Shown: piece by piece, positions 47,611 through 55,549 of the stretch
Layout of the letters: the number at the start of each line of letters is the position of its first letter
Position numbering within the stretch: position 1 is the stretch's first letter
Assembly (NCBI GenBank): GCA_945903265.1
Contig: CAMDNQ010000010.1
Span: forward strand, 6,372-70,371
DNA: 64,000 nucleotides
Direction of reading: 5' to 3'
Source: Candidatus Sulfopaludibacter sp. SbA3
Lineage (GTDB): Bacteria > Acidobacteriota > Vicinamibacteria > Vicinamibacterales > UBA2999
Program-made: the position numbers and the translations under genes
Notes under the pieces: generated by a model
Database searches by the model: none
What the model was told of the DNA's origin: nothing
Seen by the model: only the letters and a program-made list of their open reading frames with translations

Positions 47611-48804
47611 ATGAAAGACGTGGCGCTCGATATTCCCGCGGTTCAGCGCGCGCTCCGGACGGACGGGCTCGATGGCTGGCTGCTCTACGACTTTCACGGA
47701 TCGAATCCCATTGCCGGACGTCTTGCGGGCCTGACCGGCGGCGGGCACATGACGACGCGGCGGTGGTTCTACCTGATTCCGGCCGCGGGGGAACCGCGAG
47801 GCGTGGTGCATGCAATTGAGCGGCACAACCTGGATCGGCTTCCCGGCGCGAAGGTCGTCTACGCGGGGCGGCACCAGCTGGAGGCGGCGCTGACGCAGCT
47901 GCTTGCGGGCATGTCGACGGTGGCGATGGAGTACTCGGCCGACTGCGCGATTCCGTATCTCTCGCGGCTCGATGCGGGCACGGCGGAAAGCATCCGTCGG
48001 CGTGGCGTGACGATTCGGTCTTCGGGCGACCTGGTGCAGCAGTTCGAAGCGGCATGGGACGAGGATCAGCTGGCGTCGCACAGGCTCGCGTCGGAGGCCC
48101 TGTATCGGATCAAGGACCGCGCGTTTGCGGCGGTGGTCCAGGCGCTCAAAGACGGCGTCACGCTGACGGAGTTCGAGCTGCAGCAGCAGATGGTCCGGTG
48201 GTTCGACGACGAGCGGCTCGAGACCGACTCGCCGCCAGTGGTGGCGATCGGCGGCAACGCAGGCGATCCGCACTACTTGCCGTCAGCAATTGGGAGCCGC
48301 CCGATCGTTGCGGACGAGGTGCTGCTCCTGGATCTGTGGGGAAAACAGAGGGATGTCCCGGCCGTGTTCGCGGACATTACCTGGGTCGGTTTTACCGGTC
48401 GCACCGTTCCCAGTCCGGTCGCCGAGGCGTTTCGGGCCATAGTTGAGGCACGCGACGCGGCCGTCACGCTGGTCGAGGACGCGGCGGGCTCCGGCCGGGA
48501 CTTGCGAGGCTGGGAAATCGATCAGGCTGCACGGGCCGTGCTGATCCGCGCCGGATACGAGGACCGTATCCTGCATCGGACCGGGCATAGCCTGGGGGAG
48601 CAGGTGCACGGCAACGGCGTCCATCTCGACGATTTCGAGACGCACGACGATCGGCGGGTGCTTCCAGGCGCGGGCTTCACCATCGAGCCCGGCCTCTATT
48701 TCGAGACGTTCGGCGTGCGCACGGAAATCAACATGTACCGGAGCTCGCACGCGGCGTTAGTGACGGGTCCGCGCCAGATGGAGATAATTCGTTTAGTGGA
48801 GTGA
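47611..48804 (+). CDS. M24-family metallopeptidase (Xaa-Pro aminopeptidase-like)
   Basis: 397 aa. Pita-bread-fold ligands are visible (DLWG..., HRTGHSLG, FTIEPGLY, RTEINM). Confidence 0.8.
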   Translation: MKDVALDIPAVQRALRTDGLDGWLLYDFHGSNPIAGRLAGLTGGGHMTTRRWFYLIPAAGEPRGVVHAIERHNLDRLPGAKVVYAGRHQLEAALTQLLAGMSTVAMEYSADCAIPYLSRLDAGTAESIRRRGVTIRSSGDLVQQFEAAWDEDQLASHRLASEALYRIKDRAFAAVVQALKDGVTLTEFELQQQMVRWFDDERLETDSPPVVAIGGNAGDPHYLPSAIGSRPIVADEVLLLDLWGKQRDVPAVFADITWVGFTGRTVPSPVAEAFRAIVEARDAAVTLVEDAAGSGRDLRGWEIDQAARAVLIRAGYEDRILHRTGHSLGEQVHGNGVHLDDFETHDDRRVLPGAGFTIEPGLYFETFGVRTEINMYRSSHAALVTGPRQMEIIRLVE

Positions 48805-48814
48805 GGGTCGTTCA

Positions 48815-50362
48815 ATGACGAATCGTAAGACAACACTTTTCTACGCTGTGCTCATCGCCATCGCGTCGCTCGCGGTCGGAATGGTGATTTCGTCCCGGCT
48901 GGGCATGACGCCCTCGTCGTCCGCACAGTCAGTCGCCCCGCCGATGAACAGCGCCCCCATTACGGGAGCGCTCACGGCGACGACGTTTCGGGACATCGCC
49001 AAGGCGGTCTCGCCGGCGGTCGTCAATATCCGCACCGAGTCGCGGCAGCGGGGCCAGGATCTCAACGACTTCTTCGGCGGCCAGGGAGGCGGCGATCTCT
49101 TCGAGCGCTTCTTCGGCCAGCCGATGCCGCGGCAGCAGCAACCGCAGCAGCCGCGGGATCAGCTCGTGCAGGCCGCCGGCACCGGCTTCATCATCGACAA
49201 GGCCGGCTTCATCCTGACCAACAACCATGTCGTCGAAGGCGCCACCCGCATTCAGGTGTCGCTTTACGGCGAGGACGAGGACCAGACGTACGACGCGCGC
49301 ATCGTCGGCCGCGACCCGCTGACCGACAGCGCCCTGATCGAATTGACGGAAAAGCCTGACCACGTCCTCCCCGAAGTGAAGTTCGGCGATTCGGGCCAGG
49401 TCTTCCCGGGTGACTGGGTCGTCGCGATCGGTAATCCGTTCGGCCTGGCGCACACCGTCACGGTCGGCGTGATCAGCGCCATCGAGCGTCCGTTCCCGAT
49501 TGCCGAGTCGCGTTTTGCGCAGGTGCTGCAGACCGACGCGGCCATCAACCCGGGCAACTCCGGCGGCCCGCTGCTGAACCTTCGCGGCGAGGTGGTCGGC
49601 ATTAACACCGCCATCATCAGCGAGGGACGGCCCGGGAACGTCGGCGTCGGATTCGCGATGCCGATCAACGTCGTGCGGGAGCTGCTGCCGCAGCTGCGGG
49701 TCGGCAAGATCACCCGCGGACGTATCGGGGTCGGCATCGGCTCCGTGCCGATGGACGCCGTCGACGAGTTCGGGCTGAAGGATCGCAGCGGCGCTGTCGT
49801 GCTGAACATCGTCCCGGGAGGCGCAGCGGCGAAAGCCGGTCTCGAGCCGGGCGATGTCATCATTTCCTACAACGGCAAACCCATTCGCAACCGCGACGAG
49901 CTCGTGGCGATGGTCACCGCGACCAAGCCCGGCACGAGCGTGCCAGTCCGGATCGTCCGCGACAGGCAGGAACGCACGATCACCGTCAACGTCGAGGAGC
50001 TCGACCTCGAGGCCGAGAGCTCGCAGCGAGCGGCCAACAGCGACAACAACAACGGCGGCGGTGCGCAGGAAACGACCAGCGGGTTCGGCATCACGCTCGG
50101 CAACGTCACGCCCGACGTGGCGCAGCGCCTGCGGCTTAATCGCAACGCGCAGGGCGCGGTGGTGATGAATGTGGAGCAAGGCAGCGCCGCGGCGCGCGCC
50201 GGTCTTGCGGAAGGCGACGTCATCGTGCGCGTCGGCCGCGAGAACATCACGAGCGCCACGGAAGCAAGCCGGGAGCTCGGACGGGTCTCAGCCGGCGGTA
50301 CGGCGTTTCTCCGCGTGCTGCGCAACGGCCAGGAGACGTTTGTGGCCGTGACCAAGGAGTAG
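48815..50362 (+). CDS. Do/HtrA-family periplasmic serine endopeptidase with two PDZ domains
   Basis: 515 aa. The catalytic triad context is TNNHVV, D...ALIEL and GNSGGPLLN. Two PDZ-like segments are present. Confidence 0.88.
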   Translation: MTNRKTTLFYAVLIAIASLAVGMVISSRLGMTPSSSAQSVAPPMNSAPITGALTATTFRDIAKAVSPAVVNIRTESRQRGQDLNDFFGGQGGGDLFERFFGQPMPRQQQPQQPRDQLVQAAGTGFIIDKAGFILTNNHVVEGATRIQVSLYGEDEDQTYDARIVGRDPLTDSALIELTEKPDHVLPEVKFGDSGQVFPGDWVVAIGNPFGLAHTVTVGVISAIERPFPIAESRFAQVLQTDAAINPGNSGGPLLNLRGEVVGINTAIISEGRPGNVGVGFAMPINVVRELLPQLRVGKITRGRIGVGIGSVPMDAVDEFGLKDRSGAVVLNIVPGGAAAKAGLEPGDVIISYNGKPIRNRDELVAMVTATKPGTSVPVRIVRDRQERTITVNVEELDLEAESSQRAANSDNNNGGGAQETTSGFGITLGNVTPDVAQRLRLNRNAQGAVVMNVEQGSAAARAGLAEGDVIVRVGRENITSATEASRELGRVSAGGTAFLRVLRNGQETFVAVTKE

Positions 50363-50369
50363 TCCGAGG

Positions 50370-50924
50370 CTGGTAGAACGCGAAGTCAAACTGCGGTTCG
50401 ACACGCCCGAAGGGGCGCGTCGAACCATCCTCGCCGCCGGCGCGACATTGCTTCGTGGCCGGCGGCTCCAGGAAGACGCCCTTCTCGATACGCCTGACGG
50501 AACGCTGCGCCAGCGGCAGTGCGCGCTGCGTGTCCGTACCGAGTCGGGCCGCAGCATCGTCACGTTCAAGGGCCCCGTGCAACCCGGCACGATGAAGATC
50601 CGGGAAGAAATCGAAACAGCCGTCGGCGACGGCGACGTCCTGCTGCAGGTCTTCGAGCAGCTCGGATTCCGGGTCTGGTTCCGGTACGAAAAGTACCGGG
50701 AGGAATACGCCGGCGACGACCTCGTCGTGGCGATCGACGAGACGCCGGTCGGGACCTTCGTGGAGCTCGAGGGCGGCGAAGCGGCGATTCAGGCCATGAC
50801 CCACGCGCTGGGCAGGACGGAAGCCGACTACGTGCTCGACTCCTATCGCGGCCTCTTTCTGCAGCACCAGCAGAAGTACGGCTACGAGACGCCCCACATG
50901 TTTTTTCTCGACGACGACGAATGA
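50370..50924 (+). CDS. CYTH-domain protein (class IV adenylate cyclase / triphosphatase family), probable CTG start
   Basis: The frame opens after a TGA at 50349-51. AAGGAG at 50354-59 precedes the CTG at 50370 by 10 nt. The ExExK motif (EREVK, 50376-50390) lies upstream of the first TTG (50448) used by the ORF track. Confidence 0.6.
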   Translation: MVEREVKLRFDTPEGARRTILAAGATLLRGRRLQEDALLDTPDGTLRQRQCALRVRTESGRSIVTFKGPVQPGTMKIREEIETAVGDGDVLLQVFEQLGFRVWFRYEKYREEYAGDDLVVAIDETPVGTFVELEGGEAAIQAMTHALGRTEADYVLDSYRGLFLQHQQKYGYETPHMFFLDDDE

Positions 50925-51868
50925 TTCCGGCGCTGGTGCTCACGGCGGGTCTCGCGACGCGGCTGCGTCCGCTGTCGCTGGTGCGCGCGAAAGCCGCCAT
51001 GCCGGTGGCTGGCGAGCCGCTCGTCCGGCGCATTCTGCGGCAGCTGCGCGACGCGGACATCACCGACGCCGTGCTCAACCTCCACTACCTCCCGCACACC
51101 ATCACCCAGGTCGTCGGCGACGGCGCCGATGTCGGGGTGCGCGTCAGATATTCGTGGGAGGTGCCGCTGCTGGGCTCGGCCGGTGGCCCGCGGCAGGCGC
51201 TCGCGCTCATCGGGGCGTCGCCGTTTCTCATCGTCAACGGCGATACGCTGACAGGAATTGATCTCTCCCGGCTTGTCACCGCGCACCGGCACTCCGACGC
51301 GCTCGTCACCATGGCCGTCGTGCCGCGGACGGAGCCGGAACGGTACGGCGGCGTCCGCGTGAACGACGAAGGGGCCGTCGTCGGGTTCACGCGGCGCGGA
51401 TCCGATGACGATTCGTTCCATTTCGTCGGTGCGCAGGTCGTCGAAGCGGAGGCCTTTGCGACGCTGCCGGCCGGCACGCCGGTCGAGTCCGTGTCCGACC
51501 TCTACCCACGGCTGATGCGAAAAGCATCAGGGCTGGTGCAGGCGCATGTGTGCGAGGGCGAATTCTTCGACATCGGGACACCCGATGACTACCTGCGAAC
51601 ATCACTCACGCTCTCGAAACGCGAGGCGCATGGGAATGGCGACGGCACACGCACGCGGGTCGATCCGACAGCAGATGTGCGCGAATCAATTCTCTGGGAC
51701 GATGTCAGCGTGGGAGCGGACGCGCGGCTGGAACGCTGCGTCGTGACGGACGGTGTCGCGGTGCCGGCGGGCAGCACGTGGACGCGCAGCACGCTGCGGC
51801 GCGCCGAAGGCGACCTGGCGCCTGGCGAACGGCGCGTGGGCGACCTGGCGGTGGCGGAATTCAAATGA
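50921..51868 (+). CDS. nucleotidyltransferase-family sugar-1-phosphate nucleotidylyltransferase (MurU-like context)
   Basis: The ATG at 50921 overlaps the CYTH stop as ATGA. MIPALVLTAGLATRLRPLS is the NTP-transferase G-x-G-T-R-L motif. The C-terminal extension may be a beta-helix. Confidence 0.75.
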   Translation: MIPALVLTAGLATRLRPLSLVRAKAAMPVAGEPLVRRILRQLRDADITDAVLNLHYLPHTITQVVGDGADVGVRVRYSWEVPLLGSAGGPRQALALIGASPFLIVNGDTLTGIDLSRLVTAHRHSDALVTMAVVPRTEPERYGGVRVNDEGAVVGFTRRGSDDDSFHFVGAQVVEAEAFATLPAGTPVESVSDLYPRLMRKASGLVQAHVCEGEFFDIGTPDDYLRTSLTLSKREAHGNGDGTRTRVDPTADVRESILWDDVSVGADARLERCVVTDGVAVPAGSTWTRSTLRRAEGDLAPGERRVGDLAVAEFK

Positions 51869-52896
51869 GTACCGAGCGGCGAACATCGGACGGCGCCGAC
51901 GCCCGCGCTCGCATCGATCAGTTCCTCGAAGAGGCGGGCCTTCGAAACAGCGGCGCCCGGATCGTGCCGCTGACGGGCGACGCGTCGGATCGGCGCTATT
52001 TCCGGATTCTGCTGCGCGACGCGCCGTCGCAGGTGCTGGCGGTTCATCCCGGCGCCATCGACTTCGACCGGCTGCCTTTCGTCAACGTGGCGCGGCTGTT
52101 CAGCGCGATGCCGGTGCCCGTGCCGCGGATTCTCGGGCATTCGAATGCGCTCGGCGTGATGGCGCTCGACGATCTGGGCGACGTGACGCTCCAGGCGCAT
52201 CTTGGCGCCGCGTCACCGGCCGAGCATGCGGCCCTCTACCGCGAAGCGGTCTCCCTCATCGCGACCATCCAGTCGCGCGGCCGCGAGCTCGAATCCCCTG
52301 ATTACGTTCCGTACGGCGTGGCGTTCGACGTCGAGAAGCTCACCTGGGAGCTGAACTTCTTCACGAAACACTTCCTGGAAGGATACCGAGGCGCGGCGCT
52401 GACCGCCTCGGAGCGCACTGTTCTTGACGCCGAATTCGCGGCCATCGCCACGGAGCTGGCCTCAGAGCCGCGCGTGCTGTGTCATCGCGATTACCACAGC
52501 CGCAATCTGATGCTGCATGACGGCAGCCTCTACATCATCGACTTCCAGGACGCCCGCATGGGGCCGGACACCTACGACCTCGTCTCGCTGCTGCGCGACT
52601 CCTATGTGGACTTCACGGAGCAGCAGATCGAGGAACTGATCGCGTTCTTCCTCGCGAAGCGGAGCGGGCCGTCCGCCGGCGAGGACGATTTCCGGCGCCG
52701 GTTCGACCTGATGGCCCTGCAGCGGAACCTGAAGGCGCTCGGCACGTTCGGGTTCCAGACCATGTCGCGCGGCAACACGGTCTACATCCAGTACATCCCG
52801 CGCACGTTGACCTACGCGCGCGACAACCTTGTCCGCTATCCGCGTTTCGGCCGCCTCCACCAGCTGCTCGCCTCGCACCTCGACGAGCTTCGCTGA
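51865..52896 (+). CDS. aminoglycoside-phosphotransferase-fold sugar kinase (AmgK-like)
   Basis: The ATG at 51865 overlaps the upstream stop as ATGA. Motifs are LTGDASDRRYFRI, HRDYHSRNLML and IDFQDA. Confidence 0.75.
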   Translation: MSTERRTSDGADARARIDQFLEEAGLRNSGARIVPLTGDASDRRYFRILLRDAPSQVLAVHPGAIDFDRLPFVNVARLFSAMPVPVPRILGHSNALGVMALDDLGDVTLQAHLGAASPAEHAALYREAVSLIATIQSRGRELESPDYVPYGVAFDVEKLTWELNFFTKHFLEGYRGAALTASERTVLDAEFAAIATELASEPRVLCHRDYHSRNLMLHDGSLYIIDFQDARMGPDTYDLVSLLRDSYVDFTEQQIEELIAFFLAKRSGPSAGEDDFRRRFDLMALQRNLKALGTFGFQTMSRGNTVYIQYIPRTLTYARDNLVRYPRFGRLHQLLASHLDELR

Positions 52897-52930
52897 GCCC
52901 TCGGAGGTTGCGGAGGGAACGGGACAGGAT

Positions 52931-52955
52931 CACAGGAGTAGCGGAGGCACGGAGG
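52931..52955. repeat. left arm of an imperfect inverted repeat bracketing the low-GC cassette
   Basis: CACAGGAGTAGCGGAGGCACGGAGG compared with the reverse complement of 55470-55494, CACAGGAGGAACGGAGAAACGGAGG, gives 20 of 25 identities by hand alignment. Confidence 0.5.
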
Positions 52956-53199
52956 CGCGCGGAGGCCAGAAGGCGATGATGCGCGGTCCGCCCGATGCGA
53001 GGGCAGACGCCGATGCAGCGACGTCCGCCGTGCAATTCCTGCTACGCCAACCCGCATGTCCCGCCCCGCAGCGCGCCCATCCTTCCACCCTAAGGCACAC
53101 GCCATGAGCGAGTTCTAACACTTTTGAAGGTCTCCGTCCGTGGCGCTACACTGCAGCCCTCGTAGACGCATTGAATTATCCAGATCCGCGTACTATTCG

Positions 53200-53228
53200 T
53201 TGACCGCGCTCGAGCCAGTACCAAGAAT
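53200..53228 (+). promoter_or_regulatory. candidate sigma70-like promoter (TTGACC-17 nt-AAGAAT) ending 6 nt before the ATG at 53235
   Basis: The hexamers and spacing were read directly. No Shine-Dalgarno sequence lies between them and the ATG, so the transcript would be leaderless or nearly so. Confidence 0.25.
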
Positions 53229-53234
53229 CACCAT

Positions 53235-53981
53235 ATGCCACACGAGCCAATCAACAGGAGCCTCGACATCCTCGGCGTGAAACCGATTGCTGACGCGGTT
53301 GATACGGCCACTACGGGTGTCGTCAAGGGCGCGAGCGCCTTCCTAAGCCGCATTTGCCTGCCAGCAGCGGAGGAATTTGGCTTGCTCCTGCAAGACAAGG
53401 TTAGGTTGTGGCGCGCCAGGAATGCCGCCGCGGTCGCTCAGAAGGCGGAGCGGATTCTCGGGCCGGATAACGGTCCGACTGTACAAGCACATCCGAGATT
53501 GGTTGGTGTCGTCCTGGAGGAGGGTTCGTGGATGGATGTCGATCAGGTCCAAGAGATGTGGGCCGGCCTCTTGGCATCATCTTGCAGTCCCGCTGGTGAT
53601 GACGACAGCAACCTGATGTTTGCGGATCTGCTTGCAAGACTGTCCGTTTCACAAGCGCGTCTGCTGAACCATGTCTGTTCCGTTGCTACGAAGGGTTTGA
53701 GCCCAGGCGGGCTTCTAGTGGCCGAGGGGCTTTGCCCAACCCTGCAAGAGCTGCAGGCGATCTCGGGTGTGACAGATGTGCACAGATTGGACAGAGAAAT
53801 CGACCACATGCGAAGCATGGAACTGCTGACAATCAGCAGCGGGTTCTCGCCTCGCTCGAAGAACCAAGCTGACCTGACTCCGACCACTCTTGCTATTCAA
53901 ATGTACGCACGCTGTAAGGGCCATCGGGGCGAGCCGGAGAGCTATTTCGGACTCTCGCCCGTCGCGGGCCCAGCAGCCTAG
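53235..53981 (+). CDS. Abi-alpha / DUF4393-like protein
   Basis: 248 aa. ...GVKPIADAVDTATTGVVKGASAFLSRICLPAAEEFGLLLQDKVRLWRARNA...HPRLVGVVLEEGSWMDVDQVQEMWAGLLASS... matches my memory of the Abi_alpha family pattern. The gene has lower GC than its flanks. Confidence 0.6.
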   Translation: MPHEPINRSLDILGVKPIADAVDTATTGVVKGASAFLSRICLPAAEEFGLLLQDKVRLWRARNAAAVAQKAERILGPDNGPTVQAHPRLVGVVLEEGSWMDVDQVQEMWAGLLASSCSPAGDDDSNLMFADLLARLSVSQARLLNHVCSVATKGLSPGGLLVAEGLCPTLQELQAISGVTDVHRLDREIDHMRSMELLTISSGFSPRSKNQADLTPTTLAIQMYARCKGHRGEPESYFGLSPVAGPAA

Positions 53982-54165
53982 CAAAGGAATGGAGCCGACG
54001 GGCGAGCGCGCGCGGATCATTTCATGGCGGACGCGATCGCGATCGGCACCGCACTCGCTTAACACGGTTTGCAGCCGCCGGCGGATGCCGTGACAATGAC
54101 GCGCAGGTGAAAACTTGGCTGTTAGGTGGACAGCATCACATGAAGCTCGAACGGGGGGAACTCTC

Positions 54166-54795
54166 GTGGCATTGACCGAAGCATACGTTCAGACACCAGG
54201 GGTGATCCCAGAACTGTTCCGGCAGATCCGCCAAGGCCAAGCTCCCAGTCAGTTCACGGTCCAGCACCTAAAGGACTTGGGGTACGGTTCATCGAATCAC
54301 CGGTTGTTTCTTCCGTTGCTGAAGGCGCTGGGGTTTCTGACAGCAGATGGCAAGCCCACTGCCCGCTACTCAGAGTACCGTGACGAAACTCAGTCACGAC
54401 GAGTGCTGGCAGATGCCCTCAAGCAAGCCTATGCCGACCTCTTCGTACTTCGGTCCAAGCCGGCCGACGCCGACCGGGCGCTCTTCGAGGGCAAGTTCAA
54501 GAGCACCCACAACACCAGCGATCGAATGGCCAAGTTGATGGCCTCTACTTTCTTCGCGCTGTTGCCACTCGCGGATCTCGACGCGAGTCCAAAACAGGCT
54601 AGCGCAGAAGAGCGGAAGACGGACGTCGTCGGAAAGGAAGACGCCGGCAAGGGAGATGAACAAGGGCAGCGCGGAACTGGTCGACGGGCGGGGACGAGCT
54701 TGCACTACAACATCCAGATCCACCTTCCGGCGACGAAAGATATCGAGGTCTACAACTCGATTTTCAAGTCTCTTCGGGAGCATCTCCTTGAGTAG
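54166..54795 (+). CDS. DUF5343-like protein
   Basis: The GTG at 54166 is preceded by GGGGGG. ...YVQTPGVIPELFRQIRQGQAPSQFTVQHLKDLGYGSSNHRLFLPLLKALGFLTADGKPTARYSEYR... matches the DUF5343 pattern from memory. The C-terminal tail is LHYNIQIHLPATKDIEVYNSIFKSLREHL. The track start at 54115 is also possible. Confidence 0.6.
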   Translation: MALTEAYVQTPGVIPELFRQIRQGQAPSQFTVQHLKDLGYGSSNHRLFLPLLKALGFLTADGKPTARYSEYRDETQSRRVLADALKQAYADLFVLRSKPADADRALFEGKFKSTHNTSDRMAKLMASTFFALLPLADLDASPKQASAEERKTDVVGKEDAGKGDEQGQRGTGRRAGTSLHYNIQIHLPATKDIEVYNSIFKSLREHLLE

Positions 54796-55375
54796 TGACC
54801 TGAAGGACTTCAGAGACTTTCTATTTCGTGGCCTGATGCTGGAGTCGGAGGCGGGCAGCTTTCAGGCTGCTGGTATTCAGGTCGGCGCCGATATAGGCCA
54901 GGCCGAGGAGCGTCTTCTTTCAGACGCCATCGCACCCTTCGGCGTGGTGCTTCGCAACAGGGCCATTGAGATGGGGCGCCTTTACGTGGTTCTTCATTGC
55001 TTTGAGAACTCGATCCGTACTTTTATCCGTGAAACCCTTGAGGAAAAAGACGGGCCGGCCTGGGCGGAGAAGCTGCCAGCCAAGGTAAAGAAGTACGCCG
55101 AGGACCGTCAGAAGGAGTCCATCGAGGATTCGTGGCTCGAAGGGGAGAAGGGTGATCTGCTCGGCTACGTCGACTTCGCCCACTTGGCGTCCATCATCAT
55201 TGAAAAGTGGGCTCACTTTGAGGACATCGTTCCATCGCAGCATTGGCTCAAGCAGCGAATGGAAGAGATGGAAAAGGCAAGGCACTTCATCGCTCACAAT
55301 CGGATGCTCCTGCCGACAGAGTTCCAACGCCTTTACATGTACATCGCCGATTGGAATCGCATCATCGGGTTGTGA
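54788..55375 (+). CDS. Swt1-like HEPN-domain protein (putative RNase)
   Basis: The frame of track ORF 54656..55375 was used. The TTG at 54788 overlaps the upstream stop by 8 nt; the alternative is the ATG at about 54836. ...CFENSIRTFIRETLEEKDGPAWAEKLP...LLGYVDFAHLASIIIEKWAHFED...ARHFIAHNRML contains an Rx4H HEPN motif (RHFIAH). Confidence 0.6.
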   Translation: MSSDLKDFRDFLFRGLMLESEAGSFQAAGIQVGADIGQAEERLLSDAIAPFGVVLRNRAIEMGRLYVVLHCFENSIRTFIRETLEEKDGPAWAEKLPAKVKKYAEDRQKESIEDSWLEGEKGDLLGYVDFAHLASIIIEKWAHFEDIVPSQHWLKQRMEEMEKARHFIAHNRMLLPTEFQRLYMYIADWNRIIGL

Positions 55376-55469
55376 AGCCGCCTAACCACGGCTGCAGCCG
55401 TTGGCGGTTCTCCTAACGCGAAGGCGGGCGTTGCCGGCCAAGATGTAGTTGCCGTCGCGATCCGTTCGT

Positions 55470-55494
55470 CCTCCGTTTCTCCGTTCCTCCTGTG
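55470..55494. repeat. right arm of the inverted repeat bracketing the low-GC cassette
   Basis: See the left arm at 52931-52955. Confidence 0.5.
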
Positions 55495-55549
55495 AAACCG
55501 TTGCCTCTGCGTCCTCCGCCACCGGAGTCCTCCTGTTACCATTAACTGC

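Noticed and set aside
53715-54065. 116-aa minus-strand ORF spanning the Abi-alpha 3' end and the following spacer, plus 55382..56227(-) covering the right flank of the cassette.
   Set aside because: They overlap better-supported plus-strand genes, have no motifs and have poor start contexts. They are treated as spurious.
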